Assembly (NCBI GenBank): GCA_963691875.1
Contig: OY829846.1
Location: 448,001 to 512,000 of the forward strand
Direction: 5' to 3'
DNA from: Aureliella sp.
Lineage (GTDB): Bacteria; Planctomycetota; Planctomycetia; Pirellulales; Pirellulaceae
Length of the DNA: 64,000 nt
Shown: one piece after another, positions 40,419 through 50,169 of the stretch
Layout: every line of letters begins with the position of its first letter
Numbering within the stretch: position 1 is the stretch's first letter
Position numbers and translations under genes: made by a program
Notes under the pieces: generated by a model
What the model was told of the DNA's origin: nothing
What the model saw: the letters and a program-made list of their open reading frames with translations, nothing else
The model's database searches: none

Positions 40419-41461
40419 CAGCTCTTGCATGCAGCACTACTCCTTGTTGATGAGTTCTCCATATCTTTAGCTTCACTTTCAGTCAGCGATGGAATAAGGG
40501 AACCGGCGTACTCTGGGCCTCCGGCAGTAGCCAGCAATGGCCATTGCGTCAGCCATATATTGGCAAATCGTCCGACCTTTTGTCCGCATAGCGACAACTG
40601 ATTAGCGTTGGCGATGCTGTCGAGCCATATTGTTTTCGCGCCAATTATTCTGGAGGCGATCACTGCGAAATATCCGGGTGCAGCCCCTGTGGTTAGCAAG
40701 ATATCAGGTCGTTGAATCAAAACGGTTCGCAAAATATCCAAGCCCGAACGCAAGAGTGAAAGCTTATCTTTTGCGTTCCCGTCTTGAATGCGAGTGATAT
40801 TTGAAGTTGGCGAAAGTGCATCATCGCCCAATCGTGTTGTCGCACAAACGACTTCGAAGCGTCTCTGGTCTAGACCTTGCAAAAGTCGGCACAGTTGAAC
40901 CCAATGACCGCCGCCAGAAGCAACAGCGAGCATTTTGGGTCTCTCTTTTCCGAGACCATTAATCTCGTGTTGAATGCGTTCGACCAATTGGGCAGGCGTT
41001 GCCATGCGAACTGCTGCGGGTGAAGCATTGCATAGCGGTCTCAGCATAGCATCTCCCAACTCGTTTTCAGCGTCGACCACTGTAACACCTGGGAAGGTTC
41101 GGAATCGGGATGCGGTTGCATGCTGATGTTCATTTCTGTGTTCACCCAATTTTGCCTTCCTCGGAAGGATAACAATCGGCTTCTCAGATTCCAAAGCATT
41201 CAGGATCGTTCCGATTCCTGCATGTGCCACTATCAAGTCAGAGTCCGCAAAGGCTTGCATGTACTGTTCTGGCTGCATGAAAGCTGCTGCGTCGATATTC
41301 GCGTAGTGCGCATTGTGTTCCGCAGTTTGTGCAAATATCTTGACGTGGGGATTCAAACCTGCCCATTCGTCAATCGCTTGGACCAATCTAGGGAAAGGGC
41401 ATTGCGTTCCAACCGTGACAAAAACTAACTTTGGTTCACGCTTTATTTCGGCTCGACTCAT
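40418..41461 (-). CDS. fused PssE(Alg13-like)-PssD(Alg14-like) glycosyltransferase
   Basis: N-half VFVTVGTQ.PF.RL, HAGIGTI, PR...GEHRNEHQ. C-half LAVASGGGHWVQL, RPDILLTTGAAPG, WLDSIAN and LTQW. Confidence 0.9.
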   Translation of the reverse strand: MSRAEIKREPKLVFVTVGTQCPFPRLVQAIDEWAGLNPHVKIFAQTAEHNAHYANIDAAAFMQPEQYMQAFADSDLIVAHAGIGTILNALESEKPIVILPRKAKLGEHRNEHQHATASRFRTFPGVTVVDAENELGDAMLRPLCNASPAAVRMATPAQLVERIQHEINGLGKERPKMLAVASGGGHWVQLCRLLQGLDQRRFEVVCATTRLGDDALSPTSNITRIQDGNAKDKLSLLRSGLDILRTVLIQRPDILLTTGAAPGYFAVIASRIIGAKTIWLDSIANANQLSLCGQKVGRFANIWLTQWPLLATAGGPEYAGSLIPSLTESEAKDMENSSTRSSAACKS

Positions 41462-42278
41462 CTCGCTCCCACTTATACTCGTCTAAATCTTGTAGCATCC
41501 GCTTCGCACGGTATCGGGTGATGGCAATCACTGCTAAGTAAACGACAGCACAGGGAATCAGACGCGGACATTTAAGTATTTCGACAGCCGCACTATAGAT
41601 AGACGTTTTTTCCCGAATGTTTGTTTTCGGAAAACGAGTTTCGAGCTGCCATAAACCTAAGCGACTTCGCGTTTTGACTCGAATAAGATCCCAAAGGTTC
41701 GTCGGAGCAACAATCGTAAAATAGCCTGGAGCAGTCTGCCTCTCGTGGCGTGCAAATTGCGAGAGAAAATAACCGTCATCAGAAATGATTTCTGGAAACT
41801 CAAGAAAACGCGCACGGCCTGCTTCGGAAACGGCATAAAGTCCAGAACCAACCATCGCCTGCTGCATATAAGGTCGTCGTTGCCATACGGTGTAGAAGCA
41901 ACGGACAAGCCAGCTACTCCGTGAAACATCCACTTGCAGCGATGGAGCAGAGGCCAGTACGGAATCGCTTTGCAAAACGTTAGCAACTTCGCGGATTGTG
42001 TGCAGACTGATCTGCACATCAGCATCGATGTAGAGACGTGGATAGCAAGTTGCCGCTCTATCAGCAATATTGAGCCCTGCAACCTTCGATGCTTTCTCTG
42101 TCTCGCAAACTACGACTGGGTAATGAAAATCTCTGCAGATCTGAGCTGTTTCGTCCGTGCAGCCGTTGCAGCCCACTATTATTTCAAGCTCATTTGTTTC
42201 AGCGTCTTGTGTAATTGATTCGAGCAAACGGGCAATAACGCTGGCTTCGTTGTGTGCTGGAATGACTATCGAAATCAT
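41436..42278 (-). CDS. glycosyltransferase family 2
   Basis: ISIVIPAHNE, NGCTDET, YIDAD and ISDDG. Confidence 0.92.
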   Translation of the reverse strand: MISIVIPAHNEASVIARLLESITQDAETNELEIIVGCNGCTDETAQICRDFHYPVVVCETEKASKVAGLNIADRAATCYPRLYIDADVQISLHTIREVANVLQSDSVLASAPSLQVDVSRSSWLVRCFYTVWQRRPYMQQAMVGSGLYAVSEAGRARFLEFPEIISDDGYFLSQFARHERQTAPGYFTIVAPTNLWDLIRVKTRSRLGLWQLETRFPKTNIREKTSIYSAAVEILKCPRLIPCAVVYLAVIAITRYRAKRMLQDLDEYKWERDESSRNKA

Positions 42279-42465
42279 GGTGGATCGTAAAGGGCAATGA
42301 GTTTGAGGCGTGGGAGGTGAAGCTTCACGCTAAGTTCGCAAGAGAGTCTGGTTTTAATCAGAAAATAAAATGCTTGACATTTCTTGCGAGTTATCGTTAG
42401 AAGAACTTGGCCGTGGAGTCCTTATCAGATCTGAAAACTGCGTGCTTGGTCAGGAACGGCGGAGC

Positions 42466-43440
42466 CTAACCTTTCAGCTTGACAACCCCGCTCAGCCATA
42501 TCCTACGGTCGTTCCAAATCATTGACCATGTTTCATAGCTCGCTCGCGATCTAGCTCGAAACAAGCTTGCGAAACCAAACAACGTTTTACGGTGCACGAC
42601 CCACGACGCCAGCAGGAGTTTTGCCGCAAAGACTCTCAGCGGGCCCCAGTGTTTCTTGAACAACAGGACCTTTGTTGCGAGTAGCCGGCTCATCTTATCT
42701 GCCCGGACTGCTTCCGAGGCGCCGCCGTAGTGAATGATTGTCGCGTCTCCAAAAACTTTGCACTGTATTCCTATTTTTTGAGCTCTCATACAAAGGTCGA
42801 ATTCTTCTCCGTACATGCTGAATTGTTTATCAAAACCTTCTAGCCGCAACCAATTGTTCCGCTTTGTAAGCAGAAAACACCCAGAGACTATGTCGACGGA
42901 ACGGTCATCGGTGCGATTCCAACTCGGCATATAATCTGGGTTAAATACCTCTGAACGAGGAAACAGTCGATTCAGTCCCATGGCAATTGAAAATAGGCTC
43001 CAAAGGGTCGGATTGCGCCAGCATGAAGCCAGGTTTAGAGAGCCATCTTCGAAAAGCGTTCGTCCTCCGTAAATGCACTCACCTCCCTCGCTTTCGGCAC
43101 GCTGCACAATTCGATCGACTGCACCGTTCACAACTACTGTGTCCGGATTTAAGAGGAGAATGTATTTTCCCTTAGCAGTCTCAGAGCCGATATTGTTTGC
43201 GACAGCAAACCCAACATTCCTACGCAAGTTGATCAATTGGATCTCAGGGAATTTAGATTTAATTGCATCTGCTGACCCGTCAGTGGAATTATTGTCGACA
43301 ACAATTATTTCGTAAGCAACTTCACGCGTCTCCTCGATCACGGAACCAATCGCCGCGAGTGTCAACTCCGCTGTGTTGTAGCTAACAATCAAGATTGAGA
43401 CGGTTATGTCATTCATTGTTTCATCTGCGGATAGGACCAT
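42466..43440 (-). CDS. glycosyltransferase family 2 (WbbL/RfbF-like)
   Basis: VSILIVSYN, VVDNNSTDGS, NVGFA.ANN, LLNPDT, VSGCF, GFD..F.MYGEE.DLC and HYGGAS. Confidence 0.92.
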   Translation of the reverse strand: MVLSADETMNDITVSILIVSYNTAELTLAAIGSVIEETREVAYEIIVVDNNSTDGSADAIKSKFPEIQLINLRRNVGFAVANNIGSETAKGKYILLLNPDTVVVNGAVDRIVQRAESEGGECIYGGRTLFEDGSLNLASCWRNPTLWSLFSIAMGLNRLFPRSEVFNPDYMPSWNRTDDRSVDIVSGCFLLTKRNNWLRLEGFDKQFSMYGEEFDLCMRAQKIGIQCKVFGDATIIHYGGASEAVRADKMSRLLATKVLLFKKHWGPLRVFAAKLLLASWVVHRKTLFGFASLFRARSRASYETWSMIWNDRRIWLSGVVKLKG

Positions 43441-43609
43441 TTAGACCAGAGAACGCTGTCTTGCGTCGGGTAGGTCTGTCATGACTCTCGTGTTCTTCCT
43501 AACACGTCAGTCAACAATGGCGTCCGATTGATAGGCTCGAGCAATCATGAGGGACCCACTGCTCGTTAGAATTGAGATAGTCTCAGGGAATTGTATACCT
43601 ACTTACAGG

Positions 43610-44115
43610 TTAGTAGGAATGGATTGAATTTGCAACGGTTGATGGGCTATCAGTGTTTGGGGCCTTTGCCGTCGCCGGAGCCCCAGGCGACGGCAAAAGG
43701 CCCCAACAAACTAGCGTCGGAAGCAATAGGTTGTTCTTTGGACAGTGCCGCGGCCAAGTCCGCAAGTCTTTGTGACCGTGAATCTTTCTGAAGCCCTTCA
43801 CCGCTTTGAGCAATGCCAATAATAGCTCACGCGATGCCTAGTCTGCCTTTGCGCGAATAAGCGTCAAGCGTCCGATGCGACGTCGTGTGTTCAAAAACGA
43901 GTTCTCGATCGCGTTGGTGCTTAGCAAGGAACGGTGCAAGGTATTAAGGACGTTTAAGCGATGCGAAGCCAGCAGCTCCTCGTCGGCCTCGAGGAGACTT
44001 CGGCAGGCCTCTGCGTTGGTCGGATTGAGAAATTTGCTCAGATCCTCTGCTACTTCACTCGCCGCTTCGAAGCCTTGCACGGGTCGCAAACGCCGGAAAA
44101 GACGACGAAACTCAA
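43610..44115 (-). mobile_element. IS256-family transposase 3' remnant
   Basis: RLFRRLR.VQG, SLLEA.EE.L..HRL, RSLLSTNAIEN and ALLKA.KGFRKIHGHKDL. Confidence 0.8.
43657..43706. repeat. GC-rich hairpin in the IS256 subterminal region
   Basis: TTGGGGCC-TTTGCCGTCGCC-GGAGCCCCA-GGCGACGGCAAA-A-GGCCCCAA. Confidence 0.75.
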
Positions 44116-44119
44116 GAGT

Positions 44120-44735
44120 TTGAAAAAGAGCGAAGTAGGGATCGTTCGCAGAAAGGCAGAGGGTAAGGATCACGTGTGGTCGGTGGATTTCATTTTTGAC
44201 CGAACAACCAACGGTCGTTCGTTTAAATACTCGTCATCTTGGACGAATTTACTAGGGAGTGCAGTGCCTTGGAGGTTGGCCGAGAACTTACCATTGACGT
44301 GATCGTTGATCAATTCGCGATCCGTGTTGTGCCGTCATTCATTCGGAGTGATAACGACCCCGAGTTCATCGCGCGCGGCGCATCCTCCATTCTCTCGATG
44401 CAATATGTTGGAATGTCGTAAATCGAGCCCGGCAGTCCTTGGCAGAACGGTTACGTGGCGAGCTTCAACAGCCGGATCCGCGGCCAGTGCCTGAACTGCG
44501 AGGAATCGACGACCGTGCAATAAGCACGTGTCTTCATTGAGCATTGGAGGCAGAACTACAACGGTCAACGGCCACACAATTTGCTCGATGGCCTTACCCC
44601 GGCGGCATTTGCATCTCTCTGTGCTGCTTAAACTCCAGTCGCTGCGCACCTTACGTCAAAGCGGCACAGCGACATTAAACCAATTACCCAATTCGATTCT
44701 TCATAAGCGTGTATCGAAGAATGGGGTCGCCTCTG
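44120..44735 (+). mobile_element. IS3-family orfB 3' half with right end
   Basis: HVWSVDFIFDRTTNGRS, DEFTRECSALEVGR, IRSDNDPEFIA, PGSPWQNGYVASFN and WRQNYN.QRPH. The terminus closely resembles 38470-38566. Confidence 0.88.
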
Positions 44736-44906
44736 AGCGGCATTCGGTTCTGCACTTGTCATCTTTTCGGAACTACTCGGAGGTGCAGGCAGATGTTACC
44801 ACCGATGCGGTGGTGGCCAGATCCCATGAAATCAACGGGACGGACAATGGCGTAGGTGCCGATCGCCCAGCATATAACCTGATGTTCTCAGTGGAACGCG
44901 ATGAAT

Positions 44907-45362
44907 TTATGGCGATGAGCCCCCCTTCCGCCCGGCACTGGCCAGCCGACCGTATTCTACAACATCGATATTTTCCTTGATGACTCTTGCTGGATTCCCC
45001 GCAACTGCAGTATTGCAAGGGACGTCTTTGGTCACGATTGCCCCTGCACCAACAATAGAATTGTCACCAACAGTAACCCCCGGCATGATCAAACTTCTTC
45101 CACCAATGAAGCAGTTTTTTCCGATACGTGTGTCTGAATACAGCCCTCGGGTCATGTCATGGCATAAGATTCGGGCCTCAAACGCAACGTAGGTGTGTTC
45201 ACCTACAATAACGCCACGTGGATAAGTCTTGTCAAATTTCGCCGAAAGGGATATTTCAGATGTTGGATGGATGCTCATGCCCCAAAAATTATTTAGCCAA
45301 AAAATTTTCAGCTTAACTATGAAACGTCTTAGATTCTCTAGCTTGTTTAGTGACTTGGGCAT
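44907..45362 (-). CDS. hexapeptide-repeat acyltransferase
   Basis: Start MPKSLNK at 45362. [51 protein letters not shown] and AGNPAR. Confidence 0.88.
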   Translation of the reverse strand: MPKSLNKLENLRRFIVKLKIFWLNNFWGMSIHPTSEISLSAKFDKTYPRGVIVGEHTYVAFEARILCHDMTRGLYSDTRIGKNCFIGGRSLIMPGVTVGDNSIVGAGAIVTKDVPCNTAVAGNPARVIKENIDVVEYGRLASAGRKGGSSP

Positions 45363-45389
45363 GGTTTTGCTTCCTGGCCTAGTGTTGTA

Positions 45390-46010
45390 AAGAAACTGTC
45401 GATGGTGTGCTCGGCAAACTTGAAAGTGCACCGTGATGTTTCGGAAGCCGGTGTTTCGCACATATGAAGTTAGGTTGACAAAAAACGATGCCGCGATGAG
45501 CAGATTGCACGCGTTTTTCGTAAAGGTGAAGCAATCTTGGTGGCCAGCAATTTTCAGGCAGACGTGCCACAGACGATTGGCATGAGGGAGGAGACATGGC
45601 AACTCTGACAAGTTGAACCTGATGGCATGAAATTAAGTGAAGCCAAGCGTCCTTGGGGACTTAACCTTGAGAACAGACGTCAACAGGAAGCTTCGCTGAC
45701 GGAGGGCCGGCAAAAAAAGTCTAAAGATAGCCGTCGAGGGAAATCTTCAAAGACCGGTTCTACGCAATGCGGCTGTCGTGAAGGCTCGGAAGTAATATCA
45801 AGTTTTGGAATATCGGTCGTTTTAACTACTTGGTCAGTTGCGTGTTACTTAGCGTTACAGGGCGAGAGCAACAGTTGATAACAGTTGATTAGTCTGCTTT
45901 AAGTACGCAGTTTCAGTGAGTCGCAGTCCAATCTCCATGCTACGGCTACAGAACAATTAATCGTTTAATTCGTCAGGTTAGGCGGGCGGTGGTAACCAAG
46001 TCCATGTTTC
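45390..46010 (+). mobile_element. possible highly eroded integrase-core transposase relic
   Basis: Scattered words [20 protein letters not shown] and RLGG in the expected order for the rve family. Very degenerate. Confidence 0.3.
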
Positions 46011-46332
46011 AATTCTGGCGATCAAAGGGCGTGCAGGTGTAACGAATCAAGATCAAACGTCGGCAATAAGGCTCTAGGAGGAGCAGGTGCAAACGCGAAA
46101 TAGTGCAGCGCGCCAATCATTTTTATCCCTTGCTCTTCCCTTTCGATCGGAAGAGCAAAGCATTTCTTCTGACATATTGAATTTGCCAGCCATAAGATCT
46201 GCCACTCCTCATTGAGCCCCTCATACCTGTCGAAGACAAGTGCATCGTTTTATTAAATCAGACCGGCGAAGCGACCAATCTCTATTTGAAAATTACCTAG
46301 CCCAGGAGTTACGATCGGTATTCGACAAGCCC

Positions 46333-47718
46333 TCAAACTACCGTCGGCGTTCCGGTATTCGCCTGTCTGTCTGACTCATCATTTTTTCCCATTGCTTTTT
46401 TCAACGCCAGGAAAATATTTAGCAGTTGTTTTTCCCGCCCGCCTTTCTCGGAACTGATTGGGACCATGCCTAGGCTTGCCAACGCACCGAGAAGAATGTG
46501 GGCAAAGATGTTGCTTGAACCGAATAAGCCACAAGAAACTCCCGATAATAGCACCGCTAGATAGCAGGCCGTGAGCGAGAAAAGAATGAAGCGGAATTCT
46601 CCAGAAGCTCGTCTGAACTGCTTGACTACAGACGAAATGATGTAGCTCACACAAGTTACGAAGAGTAACAAACTAGGCACTCCTCCACGCACCATCTGAA
46701 TTATGTAGTTGTTTACCAGGTCCACGTGCTCCCTGGTATCAATAAACTCACCCCAATGATCGGGCCGTACACCACCTGTTCCGAACAGCCAATACTCGGG
46801 CAACATCTGCAGCGCAACTTCCATCAACGCCGCTCGATACCAGGATCCCCCACCGATTGGATCGAGATAAGAGACGAGATAAAAGACTGACCGATTTGAC
46901 ACCAACTGGAGTACGAATGCCGTTGCAAAAGCCACCAAAATGGCAGGCTTTATCAAGCCGGGAAACTTATGGAAGGAAAGAAAAACAACAAAAGCTCCCA
47001 ACGCAGTCACCGGACCGCTTGATAGGCTCATTAAAACTCCTAGCATGCCAACCAGGATTGAGGCTTGCCAAAGTAATGATTGCTTAAAATTATCTCGAGG
47101 CCTAAGGCTGACAAGAAACCCTACAATGACGAGCATTGAGATTCCATAATAAATTGCGTGAGCCGTTGCTCCTTGAGCTCGCATCAACCCGAATCGGTAC
47201 ATGTCCTCTTTGCGTATCCATACCCAAGTATGGTATTGATAAAGCGCCCGCAAAGGTGAATTACCAGTAAAGGCCTCCTGAACCCCTAAAGCACCGGCAA
47301 TCAGGGCAGTAATGGATATTGGGAGAAGGAGTTCCGAATAACTTCCCCGGTTAGTAAAGACCCGGCGGCTCGCAAAGTACATCAGGACAGTGTCTAGAAA
47401 AATACCTCCGAAGTTGGTAAGAACATGCGTTGGTGCTCCGGCTATGAGGTTGGCAAATAAATCCCATGTCCAGATTGTCAGTACTAAGTAGTCAGGAAGC
47501 CGCCATTCAAACTTACCAGTACCTGTCGCCCAAAGCTTGATTAGTAGCACAGTAGCCATAAGCCGGGGACATGATAGCTGGAGTAGTCCCAGAGGTACTC
47601 TTAAGTATTCCGGATAGAGCAAGCAACTCGCTGCTAACCAACCGAGGGCCCGCGTCGGTGGTGATTTGAGCACGAGCAGAACGCCAACGCACATTACGAC
47701 GAGGGTTACGGGCACCAT
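46333..47718 (-). CDS. O-antigen ligase / Wzy-like polysaccharide polymerase
   Basis: About 11-12 hydrophobic segments, R.G..RA.G...HAI..G, SLSSGP, YR..L, WLFG.G and DLVNNY...V.GG. Confidence 0.8.
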   Translation of the reverse strand: MVPVTLVVMCVGVLLVLKSPPTRALGWLAASCLLYPEYLRVPLGLLQLSCPRLMATVLLIKLWATGTGKFEWRLPDYLVLTIWTWDLFANLIAGAPTHVLTNFGGIFLDTVLMYFASRRVFTNRGSYSELLLPISITALIAGALGVQEAFTGNSPLRALYQYHTWVWIRKEDMYRFGLMRAQGATAHAIYYGISMLVIVGFLVSLRPRDNFKQSLLWQASILVGMLGVLMSLSSGPVTALGAFVVFLSFHKFPGLIKPAILVAFATAFVLQLVSNRSVFYLVSYLDPIGGGSWYRAALMEVALQMLPEYWLFGTGGVRPDHWGEFIDTREHVDLVNNYIIQMVRGGVPSLLLFVTCVSYIISSVVKQFRRASGEFRFILFSLTACYLAVLLSGVSCGLFGSSNIFAHILLGALASLGMVPISSEKGGREKQLLNIFLALKKAMGKNDESDRQANTGTPTVV

Positions 47719-47936
47719 TCTTTAAGAACCTTTTCCTAAATGCATCTCATGCACGCGTTGTAGGTGCGTTACCAACCAGCGATGAGAAATGGTTCTTTCT
47801 CCCAACGCGTTGCTCAGGGCTCGAAATGTCATACCCATCCGCGGCAAGAAACCGTCGGAAGGCGAGAAGCCAGCATTGCGAATTTTTACAACTTCGCCGC
47901 AGGCGTTTTCATCGCGTGAATTGGAAGCTACCAAAA

Positions 47937-48677
47937 TTAAAAGCCGTTCCATGGCTTAAGCAGCCCCGTGCCCAACTTTAGAAGTTTGAGTAGATCCCAC
48001 TCCCACCATTTCGAATCTTCTAATTGCTCGATTAACTCTGGACGAAAACGATATTTCAAATGTCTCGCAGGTACTCCTGCAACAATAGAGTATGGCTCTA
48101 CATTTCTCGAAACAACCGCACCCGCCCCTACAATCGCCCCGTTTCCAATCGACTGGCAGCTAGGGAGAATCGTCACCCCATTTGAGAGCCAAACGTCATG
48201 CCCGATCTCAAGGGGATTGTCTTGATCTTGATTGATCGTGTCTTTTTTAACGATTCCTAGGCTACTATTGTAAAAAAACGGATGCTGGGTCATTCGCTCA
48301 ATCGGGTGATTCCTGCGGTATACAGTAATGTTAGCGGCGAGCGAACAGTACCTTCCGACACGAGTGCCAGCAGGAAGCCCAGTGCTACAGCCTCTCAAAT
48401 AGTTAGCCGGATAAAGGCAAGGGCCGTAGGAGTAGTCACCAATTTCGACGTGATGGTAGGCTTTAAGAATATCGCGAAAAGTCCGTGAGAAGATCTGCCC
48501 TCCTTCAAGTTTGAGAATCGTTCTAAGAACAAGTTTTCGAAGTCTTTTGCGTTCGTATAAACGGAAAAAAACATGAGAAAATATACTCTCTCCGTTTGCA
48601 ATCCCTTTCGCTGCAACGGAGATGTTCAGCTCCGAGCAATGTGGGCCTTTGTAATCTGCTCCAAAGTTTTCGCTCAC
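47937..48677 (-). CDS. CatB/Vat-like hexapeptide O-acetyltransferase
   Basis: IGDYSYG, VGRYCS.A, NHP, HPFFYN, IGHDVW, IGNGAIVGAGAVV, VAGVPAR and SKWWEW. Confidence 0.88.
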   Translation of the reverse strand: MSENFGADYKGPHCSELNISVAAKGIANGESIFSHVFFRLYERKRLRKLVLRTILKLEGGQIFSRTFRDILKAYHHVEIGDYSYGPCLYPANYLRGCSTGLPAGTRVGRYCSLAANITVYRRNHPIERMTQHPFFYNSSLGIVKKDTINQDQDNPLEIGHDVWLSNGVTILPSCQSIGNGAIVGAGAVVSRNVEPYSIVAGVPARHLKYRFRPELIEQLEDSKWWEWDLLKLLKLGTGLLKPWNGF

Positions 48678-48723
48678 GGATTCCGGTACGCTTTTTTATG
48701 ATTGAAAGAAGAGGGTGAGGATG

Positions 48724-50154
48724 CTAGGCCAGGTTTTTGTCATCGATTGAAGGACTGTTTACCAAGGTCTTCAGGCGAGCAATCGAGACCCCATAAAGCT
48801 TAGCGAGTGACAAGCCAAACGCGGAGGCGATTCCAGCACCGAGGATAAACTCGCCAATCGTACCTTCGCCAGGAAAAAATGGCTTCAGAAACCATGCGGA
48901 TGCAAAGAGAAGCAGCGGAGTTAATAAAACGAATTTGATATTTGCTAGATCGACTTGGTGTGACCGAATACAGAGCCCGAGAGAAACGAAATAAGCAAAG
49001 GCTTCAGCACAAATCCCGGATACTAGCAGAATCTCCAAAGGAGCCTGGCGGAAGGCAAGGTAGCTCGAAACAATGAGTCCCGAAGCGCGCGCAATATTCG
49101 CTACTAGCGGGTGCAGCGTATCACCTTTTGAAATAGACACATTAACGGGGCCCATTCGCGCAACGCGAGATGCTTGAGCGAAACCAATGAGTGCTACCAT
49201 AGAAGTTGCTTCTGCATATCTGTTCCCGTACAAGACGATCACCAAGCTAGGGCCACACAAGCAGCATCCCAAAGCCAGAAATGCACCTAAACTGAGGCTT
49301 AGGCGAAGTGCAAGATTGTTGGCCTGGGTTGCGGATACTCCCTGCTCTTGGATTCTTGATAGCGATGGCAGCAGAAAAGATGAGCAGACTCGGCAAAGAA
49401 CTACGGAGGGTACGAAGCAGAGCGTCAATGCCACGCTGTACAAACCGAGAACTCTGGGCTCATAGTTTGCTCCCACTATAAGGCGATCTCCATGGAATAC
49501 CGAAAACAAAACGAGACCGTTGAGAAGTAGCGGCACTCCGAATTTGATAAGGCTGCGGAGCAGAAGCCGATCCCATCCAAGAGTCCACCGACGTTGGGCA
49601 ACCAAGTGACTAATCAAACAGTACATGCCCGCTTGACTGAGAATCAGCCACAACATTACCCGGTAATCACCAGCCCAAGATGCCAATTGCATTACAAATA
49701 ACGTCAGAATGCACTGCGGTCCGACTTCACATAGTAGAATTGGCAAGAATTTCATGTCTCGCTGGCACCGGATAATATCCAAATGAACAAATCCTCGAAT
49801 CACCGGTGCTAGCGAGACCCAGGCAAAAGCTTCCCAGGCAGACGGAGCCTGGATGAGGACAGCAATTGGCCAAGCCAGAAAAAATAGTAATGCCCCGTTT
49901 GCGAGGCCGCGAATTACCTGCAATGTCTGGGCTGTCGCTTGGGTCTTTGGAGCGTTACCATCGGGTGACTGGATGAGGAAACGATCAATCCCGAGGTTGC
50001 TGGTCATCTCAGCAAGGGACATTACCATCGCTAAAGATGCAGCGATGCCAAAGTCCTCAACCGAAAGGTAACGTGCAATCAGGAAGTTTCTTACGAAACC
50101 ACACGCGGAACCAACTAGTAGACCCGTACTCAGCAGTGCTGCTTTAGAAAACAG
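48724..50154 (-). CDS. wzx: Wzx-like polysaccharide flippase
   Basis: Multi-TM. The family N-terminus FVRNFLIARYLSVEDFG lies upstream of the first ATG (50028). A CTG at 50154 with GGAG 6 nt upstream is taken as the start. FGVPL..NG, GDRLIVG and LGLYSVA. Confidence 0.85.
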   Translation of the reverse strand: MFSKAALLSTGLLVGSACGFVRNFLIARYLSVEDFGIAASLAMVMSLAEMTSNLGIDRFLIQSPDGNAPKTQATAQTLQVIRGLANGALLFFLAWPIAVLIQAPSAWEAFAWVSLAPVIRGFVHLDIIRCQRDMKFLPILLCEVGPQCILTLFVMQLASWAGDYRVMLWLILSQAGMYCLISHLVAQRRWTLGWDRLLLRSLIKFGVPLLLNGLVLFSVFHGDRLIVGANYEPRVLGLYSVALTLCFVPSVVLCRVCSSFLLPSLSRIQEQGVSATQANNLALRLSLSLGAFLALGCCLCGPSLVIVLYGNRYAEATSMVALIGFAQASRVARMGPVNVSISKGDTLHPLVANIARASGLIVSSYLAFRQAPLEILLVSGICAEAFAYFVSLGLCIRSHQVDLANIKFVLLTPLLLFASAWFLKPFFPGEGTIGEFILGAGIASAFGLSLAKLYGVSIARLKTLVNSPSIDDKNLA

Positions 50155-50169
50155 GAGGGGCTCCGAGGG

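Noticed and set aside
45363..45611. extended N-terminus of the acyltransferase
   Set aside because: The sequence is not protein-like. Homology starts near Met 45362.
46130..46158. 10-bp hairpin TTGCTCTTCC/GGAAGAGCAA downstream of wzy
   Set aside because: The stem is real, but there is no U-tract on the coding (minus) strand, so it is not called a terminator.
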